Positions 7,842 through 23,160 of a stretch of DNA of 64,000 nt are shown in pieces. Within the stretch, counting starts at the first letter, position 1; each line of letters starts with the position of its first letter. Below the pieces are notes generated by a model, which made no database searches, was not told where the DNA came from, and saw only the letters and a program-made list of their open reading frames with translations. The DNA lies in NCBI GenBank assembly GCA_029256085.1, contig JAQSYP010000001.1, forward strand, positions 580,497 through 644,496. The letters run 5' to 3'. The DNA comes from Bacillales bacterium (lineage in GTDB: Bacteria > Bacillota > Bacilli > CAJFEE01). The translations under genes and the position numbers were made by a program.

Positions 7842-10604
7842 ATGGAATATAAAGATACCTTATTAATGCCAAAAACAGACTTCCCAATGCGAGGGAATTT
7901 ACCTGCTCGTGAACCGCAAATCCAAGAAGACTGGAATAGTAAAAATATTTATAAAAAAGTATTAGAAAAAAATAAAAATAAACCTTTATTCATACTGCAT
8001 GATGGTCCGCCGTATGCTAACGGTGATATTCATATTGGCCATGCACTAAATAAAATACTTAAGGATTTTATCACTAGATACAAATCGATGTCAGGGTTTA
8101 ATGCGCCGTATGTTCCAGGTTGGGATACACATGGTTTACCGATTGAACAGGCACTTACAAATACAAAAAAAGTTGATAGAAAAAAAATGTCTGTTGCTGA
8201 ATTCCGAAAGTTATGTGAGGAATACGCATATGAGCAAATTGAAGGTCAAAAAGTACAATTTAAGCGTCTTGGTGTTAGAGGGGACTGGGATAATCCATAT
8301 ATCACATTAAAGCCTGAATACGAGGCGCAACAAATACAAGTATTTGGTGAAATGGCTAAAAAGGGTTATATATATAAAGGATTAAAACCAGTCTATTGGT
8401 CTCCTTCAAGTGAATCTGCACTAGCTGAAGCAGAAATTGAGTATAAAGATAAGAAATCAGCATCGATTTATGTTGCCTTTACGGTTGAAAATGGTAATAA
8501 CGTTCTAAATACCGATGAAAGCATTGTAATCTGGACTACAACCCCATGGACTTTACCTGCTAACCTAGGTATTGCTCTACATCCAGAATTAACTTATGTA
8601 GTAGTCAATGCTAATAATCAAAAATTTGTAGTTGCTGAAGCACTGCTTGAAGAAGTAGCAAAAACTATCGGTTGGGAAGATACTGAAGTTCTTAGCAAAC
8701 ATAAAGGTAGTGAGCTAGAAGGTATAACTTGCAAGCACCCGTTTTATGACAGAACTTCATTAGTTGTACTAGGCGAACACGTAACTACAGAAGCTGGTAC
8801 TGGATGTGTCCATACTGCTCCAGGTCATGGGGAGGACGACTTCTTAGTTGGACAAAAATATAATCTTGGGGTATTGAATCCTGTAGATGATAAAGGGCAT
8901 TTTACTTCAGAAGCACCAGGTTTTGAAGGGTTATTTTACGATAATGCGAACAAGGAAATTACACAGCTTTTAGAAGAAAAAGGCAAGTTGTTAAAATTAG
9001 AGTTTATTACTCATTCTTATCCGCATGATTGGAGAACAAAAAAGCCAGTTATTTTTAGAGCAACAGCTCAGTGGTTTGCATCGATTAAGGATTTCCGTGA
9101 AGAATTATTGACATCAATTCAGAAAGTTGAATGGGTACCAGCGTGGGGGGAAACGAGACTATTTAATATGGTTCGTGACCGTGGTGATTGGTGTATTTCA
9201 AGACAAAGAGCTTGGGGAGTTCCGATTCCTGTATTTTACGGAGAAACTGGTGAAGCAATAATCAATGACGAAACAATAAATCACGTTTCAAAACTATTCA
9301 GACAACATGGTTCAAATATTTGGTTTGAAAGAGATGCTAAAGATTTATTACCAGAAGGATTTACACATCCATCTAGTCCAAATGGTAATTTTACTAAAGA
9401 AACAGATATTATGGATGTTTGGTTTGATTCTGGTTCATCTCATCAATCAGTTTTAGTTGAAAGAGAAGATCTACAAAGTCCAGCTGATTTATATCTTGAA
9501 GGTTCTGACCAGTATCGTGGTTGGTTTAATTCATCTTTATCTACATCAGTTGCTGTAAATGGCCATGCTCCTTATAACGCTGTTTTAAGTCATGGTTTCG
9601 TACTCGATGGTGAAGGAAGAAAGATGTCAAAATCAATTGGTAATGTAATAATTCCTGCAAAGGTAATGAATCAATTAGGTGCAGACATCTTGAGATTATG
9701 GGTAGCATCTGTTGACTATCAATCAGATGTTAGAGTTTCGGATGCGATATTAAAGCAAGTAGCTGAAGTATATAGAAAAATTAGAAATACATTTAGATTC
9801 TTACTAGGAAACCTTTCAGATTTTAATCCTGCAACAGATAGAGTAGAATTAAATGAATTAAGAGAAGTTGATAAGTTTATTTTAATTAGACTAAATGAAA
9901 CAATAAAGTCGGTTAGAGATTCATACGAAAAATATGAATTTGCAGCTATTTATCATGCAATTAATAATTTCTGTACAGTTGATTTAAGTTCTTTCTATCT
10001 GGATTTTACAAAAGATGTACTTTATATCGAACTTGAAGATAATAAAGACAGACGAAGTATTCAAACAGTATACTATGATGTATTGTTATCCCTTACTAAA
10101 TTGTTGACACCAATTTTACCACATACAACTAGTGAAGTATGGGCATTTATCAACGGTGTTACAGAAGAAAGTGTAGAATTAACTGATTTACCTAAAGCAA
10201 TAGAAATTCCTTATAGCAACGAAATTCTACCTAGATGGATAGCATTTATGGAACTTAGAGATGAAGTTCTAAAGGCTCTAGAAGATGCGAGAAATGAAAA
10301 AACAATTGGTAAATCATTAAATGCTAAGTTAACGATTGTTCCTAAAGGGGACGCAAAGAAAGTCTTTGAGAGTATTAATGACAACTTACGTCAAATATTT
10401 ATTGTTTCTCAGCTTGAATTATTAAATGAATCATCACTAATTAGTGATAAATTTAAAGAGTATGGTTCATTGAGTATTTTAGTTGAAAATGCTGATGGAG
10501 AGACATGTGAACGTTGCTGGATGGTAGCAACTGATATAGGAAAAGTAGAAGAACACCCAACAGTGTGCGAACGTTGTGCAAATGTTGTAGAGAATTTGAA
10601 ATAA
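7842..10604 (+). CDS. ileS: Isoleucyl-tRNA synthetase
   Basis: 920 aa with HIGH (HIGHAL) and KMSKS motifs and a C-terminal zinc-finger. Confidence 0.97.
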   Translation: MEYKDTLLMPKTDFPMRGNLPAREPQIQEDWNSKNIYKKVLEKNKNKPLFILHDGPPYANGDIHIGHALNKILKDFITRYKSMSGFNAPYVPGWDTHGLPIEQALTNTKKVDRKKMSVAEFRKLCEEYAYEQIEGQKVQFKRLGVRGDWDNPYITLKPEYEAQQIQVFGEMAKKGYIYKGLKPVYWSPSSESALAEAEIEYKDKKSASIYVAFTVENGNNVLNTDESIVIWTTTPWTLPANLGIALHPELTYVVVNANNQKFVVAEALLEEVAKTIGWEDTEVLSKHKGSELEGITCKHPFYDRTSLVVLGEHVTTEAGTGCVHTAPGHGEDDFLVGQKYNLGVLNPVDDKGHFTSEAPGFEGLFYDNANKEITQLLEEKGKLLKLEFITHSYPHDWRTKKPVIFRATAQWFASIKDFREELLTSIQKVEWVPAWGETRLFNMVRDRGDWCISRQRAWGVPIPVFYGETGEAIINDETINHVSKLFRQHGSNIWFERDAKDLLPEGFTHPSSPNGNFTKETDIMDVWFDSGSSHQSVLVEREDLQSPADLYLEGSDQYRGWFNSSLSTSVAVNGHAPYNAVLSHGFVLDGEGRKMSKSIGNVIIPAKVMNQLGADILRLWVASVDYQSDVRVSDAILKQVAEVYRKIRNTFRFLLGNLSDFNPATDRVELNELREVDKFILIRLNETIKSVRDSYEKYEFAAIYHAINNFCTVDLSSFYLDFTKDVLYIELEDNKDRRSIQTVYYDVLLSLTKLLTPILPHTTSEVWAFINGVTEESVELTDLPKAIEIPYSNEILPRWIAFMELRDEVLKALEDARNEKTIGKSLNAKLTIVPKGDAKKVFESINDNLRQIFIVSQLELLNESSLISDKFKEYGSLSILVENADGETCERCWMVATDIGKVEEHPTVCERCANVVENLK

Positions 10605-10607
10605 AGT

Positions 10608-10637
10608 AACAAGGCTGCTTTCTTGGCAGCCTTTGTT
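10608..10637 (+). terminator. Terminator after ileS
   Basis: AACAAGGCTGC/GCAGCCTTTGTT stem. Confidence 0.7.
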
Positions 10638-10694
10638 AATTTACCATTAGTATGATAATATTTTATTAAAAATACTTAATTTGATGGAGGAAGT

Positions 10695-11156
10695 GTGTTG
10701 CTTTATTTAGTTGCTGTTATAATTGTTTTGTTTGACCAAATAACAAAATATATAGTTGAGAAACAAATGTACTTAGGTGAATCAATTCCTGTTATAGATA
10801 ACTTTTTAATGATCACCTCACATAGAAATCGCGGTGCTGCTTGGGGAATGTTAGAAGGACAGTTTTTATTATTTTATATTGTCACTGTAATCGTTGTTGT
10901 AGGCTTAATTTACTATGTTAAGAAGAATAATATTGATGATAGATTTACACTAATTACAGTTGGTCTGTTAATAGGTGGTGCATTAGGTAATTTTATTGAT
11001 AGAGTAATTCGTAAAGAAGTTGTAGATTTCATAGATGTACTTATATTCTCATATGATTTTCCTGTATTTAATATCGCGGATTCATCATTATTTATAGGTG
11101 TAGTATTACTTGTAATTCAAACTATTCGTGAAGAACAACTGGGAGAGAAAGCATAA
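10695..11156 (+). CDS. lspA: Lipoprotein signal peptidase II
   Basis: 153 aa matching LspA, including FNIAD (FNIADSSL). Confidence 0.9.
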   Translation: MLLYLVAVIIVLFDQITKYIVEKQMYLGESIPVIDNFLMITSHRNRGAAWGMLEGQFLLFYIVTVIVVVGLIYYVKKNNIDDRFTLITVGLLIGGALGNFIDRVIRKEVVDFIDVLIFSYDFPVFNIADSSLFIGVVLLVIQTIREEQLGEKA

Positions 11157-12073
11157 TGGAAAAAATAGAACTAGTAATAGAAATTGAGGACGTAGGACAA
11201 AGATTAGATAAAGTACTTTCGGATAGATTGACAGACTATTCTAGAAGTCAAATACAGACTTGGATCAAGGATAATGACCTATTAGTAAATAATGAAACAA
11301 TAAAAGGAAATTATAAATGTAAAAAAGGTGATAAGATTTCAATTATTGTTCCAGAAGTTGAAGAATTAGAGATATTACCTGAGAACATTTCTTTAGATAT
11401 AGCGTTTGAAGATGATGATGTTATTGTAGTAAATAAACCAAAGGGGATGGTTGTTCACCCAGCTCCAGGTCACTATACTGGTACCCTTGTTAACGCATTG
11501 TTATATCATTGCAAAGACTCTTTGTCAGGTATAAACGGAGTTGCTAGACCAGGAATTGTACATAGAATTGATATGGATACATCTGGTTTACTCATGGTTG
11601 CAAAAAATGATTTTGCTCATGAAAAACTAGTTGATCAACTACAAAAGAAAACAGTTACTAGAAAATATCTAGCAATAGTCCATGGTGAAATTCCACATGA
11701 AAGGGGAACAATTGATGCCCCGATTGGAAGAGATACTGCTGATAGGCAACGAATGACTGTAACTGAAGATAATAGTAGAGAAGCAGTAACGCACTTTGAA
11801 GTTATCGAAAAATTTAAAGACTTCACTTATGTTGAATGTATTTTAGAAACTGGCAGAACTCACCAAATCAGAGTTCATATGAAATATATTGGGTTTCCAT
11901 TAGCAGGTGATCCAAAGTACGGACCGAGAAAAACTCTCGACATAAATGGACAAGCTTTACACGCAGCTGTTCTTGGTTTTAATCACCCAAGAACTAATGA
12001 GTATATTGAATTTTCTAGACCAATACCCGAAGAAATGAACAGGCTGTTACAATTTTTGAAAAATAGTGATTGA
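11156..12073 (+). CDS. rluD: 23S rRNA pseudouridine synthase RluD (YlyB)
   Basis: S4 domain plus RluA-family catalytic HRLD motif. Confidence 0.9.
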   Translation: MEKIELVIEIEDVGQRLDKVLSDRLTDYSRSQIQTWIKDNDLLVNNETIKGNYKCKKGDKISIIVPEVEELEILPENISLDIAFEDDDVIVVNKPKGMVVHPAPGHYTGTLVNALLYHCKDSLSGINGVARPGIVHRIDMDTSGLLMVAKNDFAHEKLVDQLQKKTVTRKYLAIVHGEIPHERGTIDAPIGRDTADRQRMTVTEDNSREAVTHFEVIEKFKDFTYVECILETGRTHQIRVHMKYIGFPLAGDPKYGPRKTLDINGQALHAAVLGFNHPRTNEYIEFSRPIPEEMNRLLQFLKNSD

Positions 12074-12098
12074 CAAATTTTTCAATTAGAAATATACT
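12070..12098 (+). promoter_or_regulatory. Sigma-A promoter of pyr operon (TTGACA-17-TATACT)
   Basis: TTGACA at 12070-12075, 17-bp spacer, TATACT at 12093-12098. Confidence 0.7.
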
Positions 12099-12119
12099 TT
12101 GTAAAGATGAATATTGACC

Positions 12120-12828
<709 letters not shown>

Positions 12829-12843
12829 TTGGGGGAAATGAAA

Positions 12844-14145
12844 ATGAATCAGAATAACAAGCCAGTATTAGATATTAATGAAGTACCAGGATTTGGTCAA
12901 TGGGTTTCACTAAGTATTCAACACCTTTTTGCAATGTTTGGTGCAACAGTTTTAGTACCAGTGTTAGTTGGGCTTAGCCCAGCAGTAGCATTAGTATCAT
13001 CGGGTGTTGCAACTCTAGCTTTTATCTTAATTACAAAAGGAAAAGTACCATCATACTTAGGATCTTCATTCGCTTTCATTGCCCCAATAATTGCTATAAA
13101 AGCAACTGGTGGCCCAGAAGCAGCCATGGTCGGGGGTATACTTGTCGGTATTATTTACGCACTAGTAGCATTAGTAATAAAATTCGCAGGTTATGACTTC
13201 ATTCAAAAGCTTTTACCACCAATCGTAGTAGGGCCAGTGATCATGGTAATTGGTTTAGGACTTGCAGGAGTAGCAGTTGACATGGCGATGAACGTAGGTG
13301 GGAAATATAGTTTAGAACACTTCTCTGCGGCATTAGTTACTTTAGCAATAACAATTATCGCAAACGTGTTTGGTAGGGGATTCGTTGCAATAGTTCCAAT
13401 TTTAATAGGTATCATCGGTGGATACTTGTACTCAATGGCAATTGGAATCGTTAACTTCGATATCGTTAGGGATGCAAAATGGTTTGCTGCGCCTGATTTC
13501 ATGGTGCCTTTTGCTCACTACACACCAGAATTAACTTGGAAAATTGCATTAATAATGGTACCAGTAACAATCGTAACTATCTCAGAGCACATTGGTCACC
13601 AATTAGTTTTAGGTAGAGTAATCAATAAAGATATGATTAAGGATCCTGGTTTAGATAGATCATTATTCGCAGACGGAGTAGCGTCAGCAGTTGCATCAGG
13701 TTTAGGTGGAGTTCCAATTACAACTTATGGTGAAAACATCGGAGTACTTGCTTTAACAAGAGCTTACAGCATCTACCTTTTCGTAGGAGCATCAATTTTC
13801 GCAATAATCTTCGGTTTCATTGGTAAAGTATCAGCATTCATAAGTTCTATACCAACACCAGTAATGGGCGGGGTATCAATCCTATTATTCGGTGTAATAG
13901 CATCATCAGGATTAAGAATGTTAGTTGAAGATAAAGTAAACATGGCAGACAAGAGAAACTTAATTATATCATCTGTAATACTTGTAGTAGGTATTGGCGG
14001 AGCAATCTTAAAGATAAGCGAAAACTTTGAAATTGCTGGTATGGCACTTGCAGCAATTCTTGGAGTAATTTTAAACAAAGTTTTACCAGAATCAAAAAAT
14101 ATTAGTAGTGATGAAACTGCAAGCACATCTGAAAACGTAGCCTAG
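12844..14145 (+). CDS. pyrP: Uracil permease PyrP
   Basis: Roughly 12 TM helices. Start taken at the ATG after the GGGGGAA RBS; the TTG at 12829 is possible. Confidence 0.85.
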   Translation: MNQNNKPVLDINEVPGFGQWVSLSIQHLFAMFGATVLVPVLVGLSPAVALVSSGVATLAFILITKGKVPSYLGSSFAFIAPIIAIKATGGPEAAMVGGILVGIIYALVALVIKFAGYDFIQKLLPPIVVGPVIMVIGLGLAGVAVDMAMNVGGKYSLEHFSAALVTLAITIIANVFGRGFVAIVPILIGIIGGYLYSMAIGIVNFDIVRDAKWFAAPDFMVPFAHYTPELTWKIALIMVPVTIVTISEHIGHQLVLGRVINKDMIKDPGLDRSLFADGVASAVASGLGGVPITTYGENIGVLALTRAYSIYLFVGASIFAIIFGFIGKVSAFISSIPTPVMGGVSILLFGVIASSGLRMLVEDKVNMADKRNLIISSVILVVGIGGAILKISENFEIAGMALAAILGVILNKVLPESKNISSDETASTSENVA

Positions 14146-14169
14146 AATAAACTCATAAAATAATCCTTT

Positions 14170-14278
14170 TAACTGAGTCCAGAGAGACTTTGAAGGGTGT
14201 GTAATGCTAAGTTTGATCAACCTAGCGTTAGTTTCTCATACACAAAAACACCCTATTCAATAGAATAGGGTGTTTTTT
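14170..14278 (+). promoter_or_regulatory. pyr attenuator (pyrP-pyrB): PyrR-binding loop plus terminator
   Basis: AGUCCAGAGAGACU at 14176-14189. Terminator ACACCCTATTC/GAATAGGGTGT plus U6 at 14246-14278. Confidence 0.8.
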
Positions 14279-14306
14279 AAAAATAAAAATAGATAGGAGA
14301 TTTGCT

Positions 14307-15242
14307 ATGAACCACTTGATATCCCTAAAGAAACTTAGTGTCTCAGAAATATTAGATATTCTTCGTGATGCAACAAGGCTTAAAAACGGTGATGAATATA
14401 AGTTTAATAGCAATCTATACATGACAAATTTATTTTATGAACCTAGCACTAGAACTAAGATAAGTTTTGAACTAGCACAAAGAAAGCTAGGGATTAATAT
14501 TATAAACTTTGATATTAATAACTCAAGCATGCAAAAAGGTGAAAGCTTATACGACACTGTAAAAACTATCGAAGCTATGGGAATTCACTCTGTTGTAATT
14601 AGACATTCTATGGAACAATATTATAAAGAACTTATAGGTGGATGTAACATAAGCATTTTTAATGCTGGTGATGGATGTGGAGAGCACCCAACTCAAACTT
14701 TACTAGATTTATTAACAATTCAAAATGAATTTGGTAGTTTTGAAGGGTTAGCAATAACAATAGTTGGTGATATCTTACATAGTAGAGTTGCAAAATCTAA
14801 TGCTGAAATACTCTCAAGGTTAGGTGTGAAACTGTATTTTTCAGGACCGAAAGAATGGTTCGATGATGTTTGTGAATATGGGACTTACATTGATATTGAA
14901 GAAGCAATAGAAATTTCGGACGTTATAATGCTATTACGTGTGCAGCACGAGAGACATAAGCCAGGCCAAGAATATTTAATGAAAAATTATCATGAAATGT
15001 ATGGTTTGACTTTAGATAGAGAAAGAAGACTAAAAACTAATTGTATAATTATGCACCCGGCTCCAGTTAATCGAGGTGTGGAAATTGATAGTAGATTAGT
15101 TGAATGTAAACGATCCAGAATTTTCAATCAGGTAAATAATGGAGTATTTGTAAGGATGGCAGCCATAAAGCACATATTACAACATAAATATGGAGGGAAT
15201 TTCATTGAATCTTCTAATAAAAAATGGCAGTCTATTGTCTGA
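14307..15242 (+). CDS. pyrB: Aspartate carbamoyltransferase
   Basis: STRTR and HPxQ motifs; synteny. Confidence 0.95.
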   Translation: MNHLISLKKLSVSEILDILRDATRLKNGDEYKFNSNLYMTNLFYEPSTRTKISFELAQRKLGINIINFDINNSSMQKGESLYDTVKTIEAMGIHSVVIRHSMEQYYKELIGGCNISIFNAGDGCGEHPTQTLLDLLTIQNEFGSFEGLAITIVGDILHSRVAKSNAEILSRLGVKLYFSGPKEWFDDVCEYGTYIDIEEAIEISDVIMLLRVQHERHKPGQEYLMKNYHEMYGLTLDRERRLKTNCIIMHPAPVNRGVEIDSRLVECKRSRIFNQVNNGVFVRMAAIKHILQHKYGGNFIESSNKKWQSIV

Positions 15243-16479
15243 TAATAATGAAATTAATATTAAAGATATTTATATAGAAAATGGGATTATAAAGAGCATC
15301 TGTAATAATATTTCAGTTGAAGATGTAGAAACTTATGATGCAAAAGGTTTATTTATAGCTCCTGGTTTTATAGACGTACACGTACATCTTAGAGAACCAG
15401 GTTACGAGTATAAAGAAACAATTGAAACAGGTACAAGAGCTGCAGCAGCAGGTGGTTTTACACAAATTGCAGCAATGCCAAATACAAATCCTGTACCAGA
15501 TCGAAAAGAAGTTATTGAAAAATTTCGAAATATGTATAATAATAATAAAGTATTCATAAAAACGCATTATTATTCATCTATTAGTAAAAAGCAGTTAGGT
15601 AATGAATTAGTAAACTTTAAAGAAATGGCTCAAGCAGGAGCATTCGCTTTTAGTGACGATGGAGTTGGGGTTCAAAGTGCCGGAATGATGTTTCAAGCGA
15701 TGAAACATGCAGCAGAAGTAAATAAGGTAATAGTAGCTCACTGTGAGGATCGTTCACTACTTAATGGCGGAGTATTTAATGAGGGAGAAACTTCTCAACA
15801 TTTAAATGTAAAGGGCATTAATTCAGTTAGCGAATCTGTTCAAGTTGCAAGGGATGTTCTACTTGCTGAGGCTGCCAAGTGTCAATATCACGTATGTCAT
15901 ATTAGTACGAGTGAATCTGTTAGAACTGTAAGAGATGCTAAAGCCGCTGGAATAAAAGTTACTTGTGAGGTAACTCCACATCACCTTTTATTATGTGACA
16001 AACATATTACTTCTTTAGATTCAAATTTTAAAATGAATCCGCCTCTAAGAAGCGAAGAGGATATGAGAGCCTTAATTAACGGTGTTGTTGATGGAACGAT
16101 AGATTGCATTGCTACTGATCATGCACCTCATAGTGAAGAAGAGAAATCAGAAGGAATCGAGAAAGCCCCTTTTGGAATAGTTGGCCTTGAAACTGCATTT
16201 CCACTTCTCTATACAAATCTAGTATTAAAGAACATAATATCTTTAAATAGATTAGTAGAGTTACTTAGTAAAAATCCAGCTAAAATCTTTAACCTAAATG
16301 GCGGAGAAATAGTAGAAGGTAAGCCTGCGGATTTGGTTATTATTGATTTGAATATGAGTATGAAAATAAATAAAAATGAATTTTTATCAAAAGGCAGGAA
16401 CACGCCTTTTGATAAATGGGAATGTATAGGTTGGCCCGTTGCAACTTTTGTTGATGGTAAGCTAGTTTGGGAAAGGTAG
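15205..16479 (+). CDS. pyrC: Dihydroorotase
   Basis: TTG at 15205 after GGAGGG RBS (track start ATG 15190). [10 protein letters not shown] metal-binding motif. Confidence 0.9.
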   Translation: MNLLIKNGSLLSDNNEINIKDIYIENGIIKSICNNISVEDVETYDAKGLFIAPGFIDVHVHLREPGYEYKETIETGTRAAAAGGFTQIAAMPNTNPVPDRKEVIEKFRNMYNNNKVFIKTHYYSSISKKQLGNELVNFKEMAQAGAFAFSDDGVGVQSAGMMFQAMKHAAEVNKVIVAHCEDRSLLNGGVFNEGETSQHLNVKGINSVSESVQVARDVLLAEAAKCQYHVCHISTSESVRTVRDAKAAGIKVTCEVTPHHLLLCDKHITSLDSNFKMNPPLRSEEDMRALINGVVDGTIDCIATDHAPHSEEEKSEGIEKAPFGIVGLETAFPLLYTNLVLKNIISLNRLVELLSKNPAKIFNLNGGEIVEGKPADLVIIDLNMSMKINKNEFLSKGRNTPFDKWECIGWPVATFVDGKLVWER

Positions 16480-16486
16480 GATTGAT

Positions 16487-17587
16487 ATGAAAAGATATTT
16501 AATACTTGAAGATGGTACTGTTTTTGTAGGCAAGGCATTTGGTGGAGATTGCGATCAGGCAGGTGAAGTAGTATTTAATACTGGAATGACAGGTTATCAA
16601 GAAATACTGTCAGATCCTTCGTATTGTAGCCAAATTGTTGTGTTAACGTACCCTTTGATTGGAAACTATGGCATAAATCGTGATGATTTCGAATCAATCG
16701 TACCATCAATCCATGGTTTAATTGTTAAGGAAGCATGTGATTTTCCTTCAAATTTCAGAAAACAAATGACACTAGATGAATATTTAAAATTAAGAAATGT
16801 TCCCGGTATTTCTGGTGTTGATACTAGAAAACTTACAAAATTAATAAGAGAACACGGTACATTAAAGGGTAAAATATGTTCTGGTAAGGTTAATATAGAC
16901 AAGGAATTACTGAATTTAAGAAAAATGAATTTGCCTAGTGATCAAGTTTCAAAGGTGTCGGCAAAAGATCCGTACGCATCACCTGGACGTGGTCATAGAG
17001 TAGTTTTGGTAGATTTTGGCATGAAGCACGGTATACTTCGAGAGCTAAATAAAAGAGACTGTGATGTAATTGTAGTTCCACATAATACTTCTGCAGAAGA
17101 AATCCTTGCACTTCAACCTGATGGTGTAATGCTTAGTAATGGTCCTGGTGATCCGAAGGTAGTAACAAGTGCAATTACAATGATTCAAAAATTATTAGGT
17201 ATAGTTCCAATCTTTGGGATTTGCCTTGGCCACCAATTATTTGCACTAGCAAGTGGTGCAAATACAGAAAAGATGAAGTTTGGACATAGAGGTTCTAATC
17301 ACCCTGTAAAGGATCTTGCAACTGGTAAAGTTCATATTACATCTCAAAATCATGGATATACAGTTGAAGAAGATTCAATTAAAAATACTGAATTAATCGT
17401 TACTCATATAGCAGTTAATGACAAAACAATAGAAGGTCTAAAGCATAAAACATTCCCGGCCTTTACTGTTCAATACCATCCTGAAGCTTCACCAGGTCCG
17501 GAAGATTCAAATATCCTATTTGATGATTTTATAAGATTAATAGATAAACATAAAGTAAAGGGGGAGCTTGAATGCCAAAACGTCTAG
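16487..17587 (+). CDS. pyrAA: Carbamoyl-phosphate synthase small subunit
   Basis: Glutamine-amidotransferase domain GICLGHQ. Confidence 0.95.
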   Translation: MKRYLILEDGTVFVGKAFGGDCDQAGEVVFNTGMTGYQEILSDPSYCSQIVVLTYPLIGNYGINRDDFESIVPSIHGLIVKEACDFPSNFRKQMTLDEYLKLRNVPGISGVDTRKLTKLIREHGTLKGKICSGKVNIDKELLNLRKMNLPSDQVSKVSAKDPYASPGRGHRVVLVDFGMKHGILRELNKRDCDVIVVPHNTSAEEILALQPDGVMLSNGPGDPKVVTSAITMIQKLLGIVPIFGICLGHQLFALASGANTEKMKFGHRGSNHPVKDLATGKVHITSQNHGYTVEEDSIKNTELIVTHIAVNDKTIEGLKHKTFPAFTVQYHPEASPGPEDSNILFDDFIRLIDKHKVKGELECQNV

Positions 17588-20500
17588 ATATACAAACAAT
17601 ATTAGTAATTGGATCGGGTCCAATAATAATCGGTCAAGCAGCAGAGTTCGATTATTCTGGTACACAAGCTTGCCTTGCATTAAAAGAAGAAGGATACAAT
17701 GTAATATTAGTAAATTCAAATCCGGCAACAATAATGACTGATCCATCTACGGCTGACAAGGTTTATATAGAACCACTAACTCTAGAGTTTGTTAGTAGAA
17801 TTATTCGAAAAGAGCGTCCAGATGCAATACTTCCTACTTTAGGAGGTCAAACTGGATTAAATTTAGCGGTTGAACTCGCAAATTCAGGTGTACTAGATGA
17901 GTGTAATGTAGAAGTATTAGGTACAACACTAAGTTCAATTAAAAAAGCAGAAGATAGAGATTTATTTCGAAACTTAATGTATGAAATCGGTGAACCTGTA
18001 CCCGAAAGTACAATTATCCATAGCCTTGAGGAAGCTTATGTTTTTGTTCAAAAAATTGGATATCCGGTTATTGTTAGACCAGCCTATACATTAGGTGGTA
18101 CTGGTGGTGGAATTTGTAATAATGAAGCTGAACTTATTGAAATTGTTACTTCTGGAATAAAAAATAGCCCAGTTAGTCAGTGTTTACTAGAAATGAGTAT
18201 TGCTGGATATAAGGAAATAGAGTATGAAGTAATGCGTGACTCGAACGACAATGCAATAGTTGTATGTAATATGGAAAACTTTGACCCTGTAGGTGTACAC
18301 ACAGGTGATTCAATTGTATTTGCACCGAGTCAAACATTATCAGATAGAGAATATCAACTTTTGAGAAATGTCTCATTAAAAATAATTAGAGCATTAAAAA
18401 TTGAAGGTGGATGCAATGTACAAATTGCATTAGATCCTCACTCAATGAATTATTTTATAATCGAAGTAAATCCACGTGTAAGCCGTTCATCAGCTCTTGC
18501 TTCAAAAGCAACTGGATACCCTATTGCAAAACTTGCAGCTAAGATAGCTGTTGGCTTAACACTCGATGAAATGGAAAATCCTGTTACAGGTAAAACTTAT
18601 GCAAGCTTTGAACCAGCTTTAGACTACATCGTTACAAAGATTCCAAGATGGCCATTTGATAAATTTCAAAATGGAAATAGATTACTAGGCACTCAAATGA
18701 AAGCTACTGGGGAAGTAATGGCGATTGGAAGAACACTCGAAGAATCTTTACTTAAAGCGGTTAGATCATTAGAACTTGGTGTTAGTCATATTGAAATTAA
18801 AGGTTTTGCAGATTTGGACATTGATTTTATTAAACAAAAAATTTCAAATGCAGATGATGAGAGATTATTCTATATTGCCGAGGCATTAAGAAAAGGTCTA
18901 ACTATAGAGGAAATTCATGAAATTAGTATGATTGACTTGTTCTACCTATTCAAACTTGAAAAAATAATAAAGTATGAGAGTGTAATTAAAGAAAATAAGG
19001 TTGATCTAGATACTTTAAGACAAGCCAAAGCAATGGGTTTTAGTGACAAATACATTTCTACTATATGGGAAATGAAAGAATTAGAACTTTATAACCTTAG
19101 AAAAGAAAAAAATATTTTCCCAGTTTATAAAATAGTTGATACTTGTGCAGGTGAATTTGAAGCTTCAACTCCATATTATTATGGAACTTATGAAGAAGAA
19201 AACGATTCTTTTAAAACAGGTAAGAAGAGTGTAGTAGTTTTAGGATCTGGTCCGATTCGAATTGGCCAAGGGATTGAATTTGATTATGCAACTGTTCACT
19301 CTGTACGTGCAATAAAGGAATCAGGTTACGAAGCAATAATTATAAATAACAACCCTGAGACAGTTTCTACTGATTTTACTATCTCTGATAAGTTATACTT
19401 TGAACCTTTAGCTATAGAAGACGTAATGCATGTTCTTGAACTAGAAAAGCCTATCGGTGTTGTTGTACAGTTTGGTGGTCAAACAGCTATCAACCTAGCG
19501 TCTAAACTACATGAACGTGGAATTAAAATTCTAGGAACTTCTTTAGAAGCATTAGACAAGGCTGAAGATAGAGATAAGTTTGAACAATGTCTGTCTAACC
19601 TTAGAATTCCACAGCCTCTTGGAAAAACAGCAACTTCTGTTAAACAAGCATTACTAATAGCTAAGGAGATCGGTTATCCAATTTTGGTAAGACCATCATA
19701 TGTACTTGGTGGAAGAGCAATGCAGATAGTTGAAAGAGAAGAAGAGTTATACAATTATATGGAAAGTGCAGTTAAAGCAAGTCCTGAGCACCCTGTGCTT
19801 ATTGATAGATATTTAGCAGGAAAAGAAGTAGAAGTTGATGCAATTTCAGATGGTGTTACTGTCTTCATACCTGGAATAATGGAACATATCGAACGAGCAG
19901 GTGTTCACTCTGGTGATTCAATTGCTGTTTATCCACCGCAGTTTATTTCAGAAAAAGTTAAAAAGCAAGTTATAGATTATACAACAAAGATTGCACGAGG
20001 CTTGAAGATAATTGGATTATTAAACATTCAGTTTGTAATTAATGGTGACAATGCCTATGTACTCGAAGTGAATCCACGCTCAAGTAGAACAGTTCCTTTT
20101 TTAAGTAAAATTACTGGAATACCGATGGCAAATCTAGCTACAAAAGTTATGCTAGGTCAAAAGTTAAAAAAGCTCGGTTTTGAATCGGGGTATTTACCTG
20201 AAAAGCAAGGTGTTTATGTAAAAGCCCCAGTATTTTCATTTGCGAAACTTAGAGCGGTTGATACGACTCTTGGTCCAGAAATGAAGTCAACTGGTGAAGT
20301 TATGGGTAAGGATACTACTCTTGAAAAAGCTCTATATAAAGGTTTAGTAGCATCAGGAATTAACATTCCAACTTTTGGAACTGTTATAATTACAGTTGCT
20401 GATAAGGATAAGGAAGAAGCCGTTGATATTGCTAAGAGATTCCACAAAATTGGTTATAGAGTAATGGCAACTGAAGGTACTGCTGAAGTTCTCCAAAAAG

Positions 20501-20781
20501 ATGGCACTCCAGTTATATTAATTAATAAGATTGGCGAAGAAGGTAAAAATCTAGTTGATGTAATCCGTGCGGGTGAAGCACAATTTGTAATCAACACATT
20601 AACTAAAGGAAAACAACCGGTGCGAGATGGCTTTAAAATTAGAAGAGAGTCTGTAGATAATGGTGTTGCATGTTTAACATCATTAGATACTGCAACAGCT
20701 ATTTTAAGAGTTCTGGAGTCTATGACATTCTCAACAGATTTCATGAATGAAGGTGAATTAAAAGAGGTGACATTCGTCTAA
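17572..20781 (+). CDS. pyrAB: Carbamoyl-phosphate synthase large subunit
   Basis: 1069 aa with duplicated ATP-grasp domains and an MGS-like C-terminal domain. Confidence 0.97.
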   Translation: MPKRLDIQTILVIGSGPIIIGQAAEFDYSGTQACLALKEEGYNVILVNSNPATIMTDPSTADKVYIEPLTLEFVSRIIRKERPDAILPTLGGQTGLNLAVELANSGVLDECNVEVLGTTLSSIKKAEDRDLFRNLMYEIGEPVPESTIIHSLEEAYVFVQKIGYPVIVRPAYTLGGTGGGICNNEAELIEIVTSGIKNSPVSQCLLEMSIAGYKEIEYEVMRDSNDNAIVVCNMENFDPVGVHTGDSIVFAPSQTLSDREYQLLRNVSLKIIRALKIEGGCNVQIALDPHSMNYFIIEVNPRVSRSSALASKATGYPIAKLAAKIAVGLTLDEMENPVTGKTYASFEPALDYIVTKIPRWPFDKFQNGNRLLGTQMKATGEVMAIGRTLEESLLKAVRSLELGVSHIEIKGFADLDIDFIKQKISNADDERLFYIAEALRKGLTIEEIHEISMIDLFYLFKLEKIIKYESVIKENKVDLDTLRQAKAMGFSDKYISTIWEMKELELYNLRKEKNIFPVYKIVDTCAGEFEASTPYYYGTYEEENDSFKTGKKSVVVLGSGPIRIGQGIEFDYATVHSVRAIKESGYEAIIINNNPETVSTDFTISDKLYFEPLAIEDVMHVLELEKPIGVVVQFGGQTAINLASKLHERGIKILGTSLEALDKAEDRDKFEQCLSNLRIPQPLGKTATSVKQALLIAKEIGYPILVRPSYVLGGRAMQIVEREEELYNYMESAVKASPEHPVLIDRYLAGKEVEVDAISDGVTVFIPGIMEHIERAGVHSGDSIAVYPPQFISEKVKKQVIDYTTKIARGLKIIGLLNIQFVINGDNAYVLEVNPRSSRTVPFLSKITGIPMANLATKVMLGQKLKKLGFESGYLPEKQGVYVKAPVFSFAKLRAVDTTLGPEMKSTGEVMGKDTTLEKALYKGLVASGINIPTFGTVIITVADKDKEEAVDIAKRFHKIGYRVMATEGTAEVLQKDGTPVILINKIGEEGKNLVDVIRAGEAQFVINTLTKGKQPVRDGFKIRRESVDNGVACLTSLDTATAILRVLESMTFSTDFMNEGELKEVTFV

Positions 20782-21548
20782 TGAGAACAGCTAATTCTAC
20801 TATCATTGAAAAAGATATTCTAATAGATAATGTCGTGAAAATAAGCCTTAAAAGCGATTTAGTTGACCTAAAAATTAGACCGGGACAATTTGTAAATATT
20901 TTAATTGGTGCGACTGGAGAGACTACTCTCCGTCGCCCTATTAGTGTATACGAAATTGACTCTGAAAATAAGTCTTTCACTATCATTTTCAGAGTAGAAG
21001 GTAAAGGAACAAGGCTTCTATCAGAAAAAACTGTAGGTGAAGAAGTAAACATTTTAGGCCCCCTAGGCAATGGATTTCCTTTGGACAAAGTTCAAAAGGG
21101 ACAAACAGTAATTTTAGTTGGAGGGGGAATTGGGATTCCACCTTTATATGAAACATCAAAACAATTAAAAAAATTAGGTGCAAATGTAATTCACATTTTA
21201 GGATTTAATACTGCGAGTGACAGTTTTCTAATTGAAAACTTTAGTGAACTAAATAAAACATATGTTAGTACGGTCGATGGTTCTTTTGGTCAAAAAGGTT
21301 TTGTTACAGATGTAATAAAAAGAATTAATTTAGATTACGATTATGTATTTGCATGTGGGCCAAAGCCGATGTTAAAAGCATTAGAAAATATAATGGATAA
21401 CTCTAAGTTATATCTTTCATACGAGGAAAGAATGGCCTGTGGTATTGGTGCATGTTTTGCATGCGTCTGCAAAACTAAAAAATCAGAAACAGATTACAAA
21501 CGTGTATGTAAAGAGGGACCAGTTTTCTTAGCGGGAGAGGTGATCTAG
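20781..21548 (+). CDS. pyrK: Dihydroorotate dehydrogenase electron-transfer subunit
   Basis: FAD/NAD-binding fold plus C-terminal Cys cluster (CGIGACFAC). Confidence 0.9.
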   Translation: MRTANSTIIEKDILIDNVVKISLKSDLVDLKIRPGQFVNILIGATGETTLRRPISVYEIDSENKSFTIIFRVEGKGTRLLSEKTVGEEVNILGPLGNGFPLDKVQKGQTVILVGGGIGIPPLYETSKQLKKLGANVIHILGFNTASDSFLIENFSELNKTYVSTVDGSFGQKGFVTDVIKRINLDYDYVFACGPKPMLKALENIMDNSKLYLSYEERMACGIGACFACVCKTKKSETDYKRVCKEGPVFLAGEVI

Positions 21549-23160
<1,612 letters not shown>
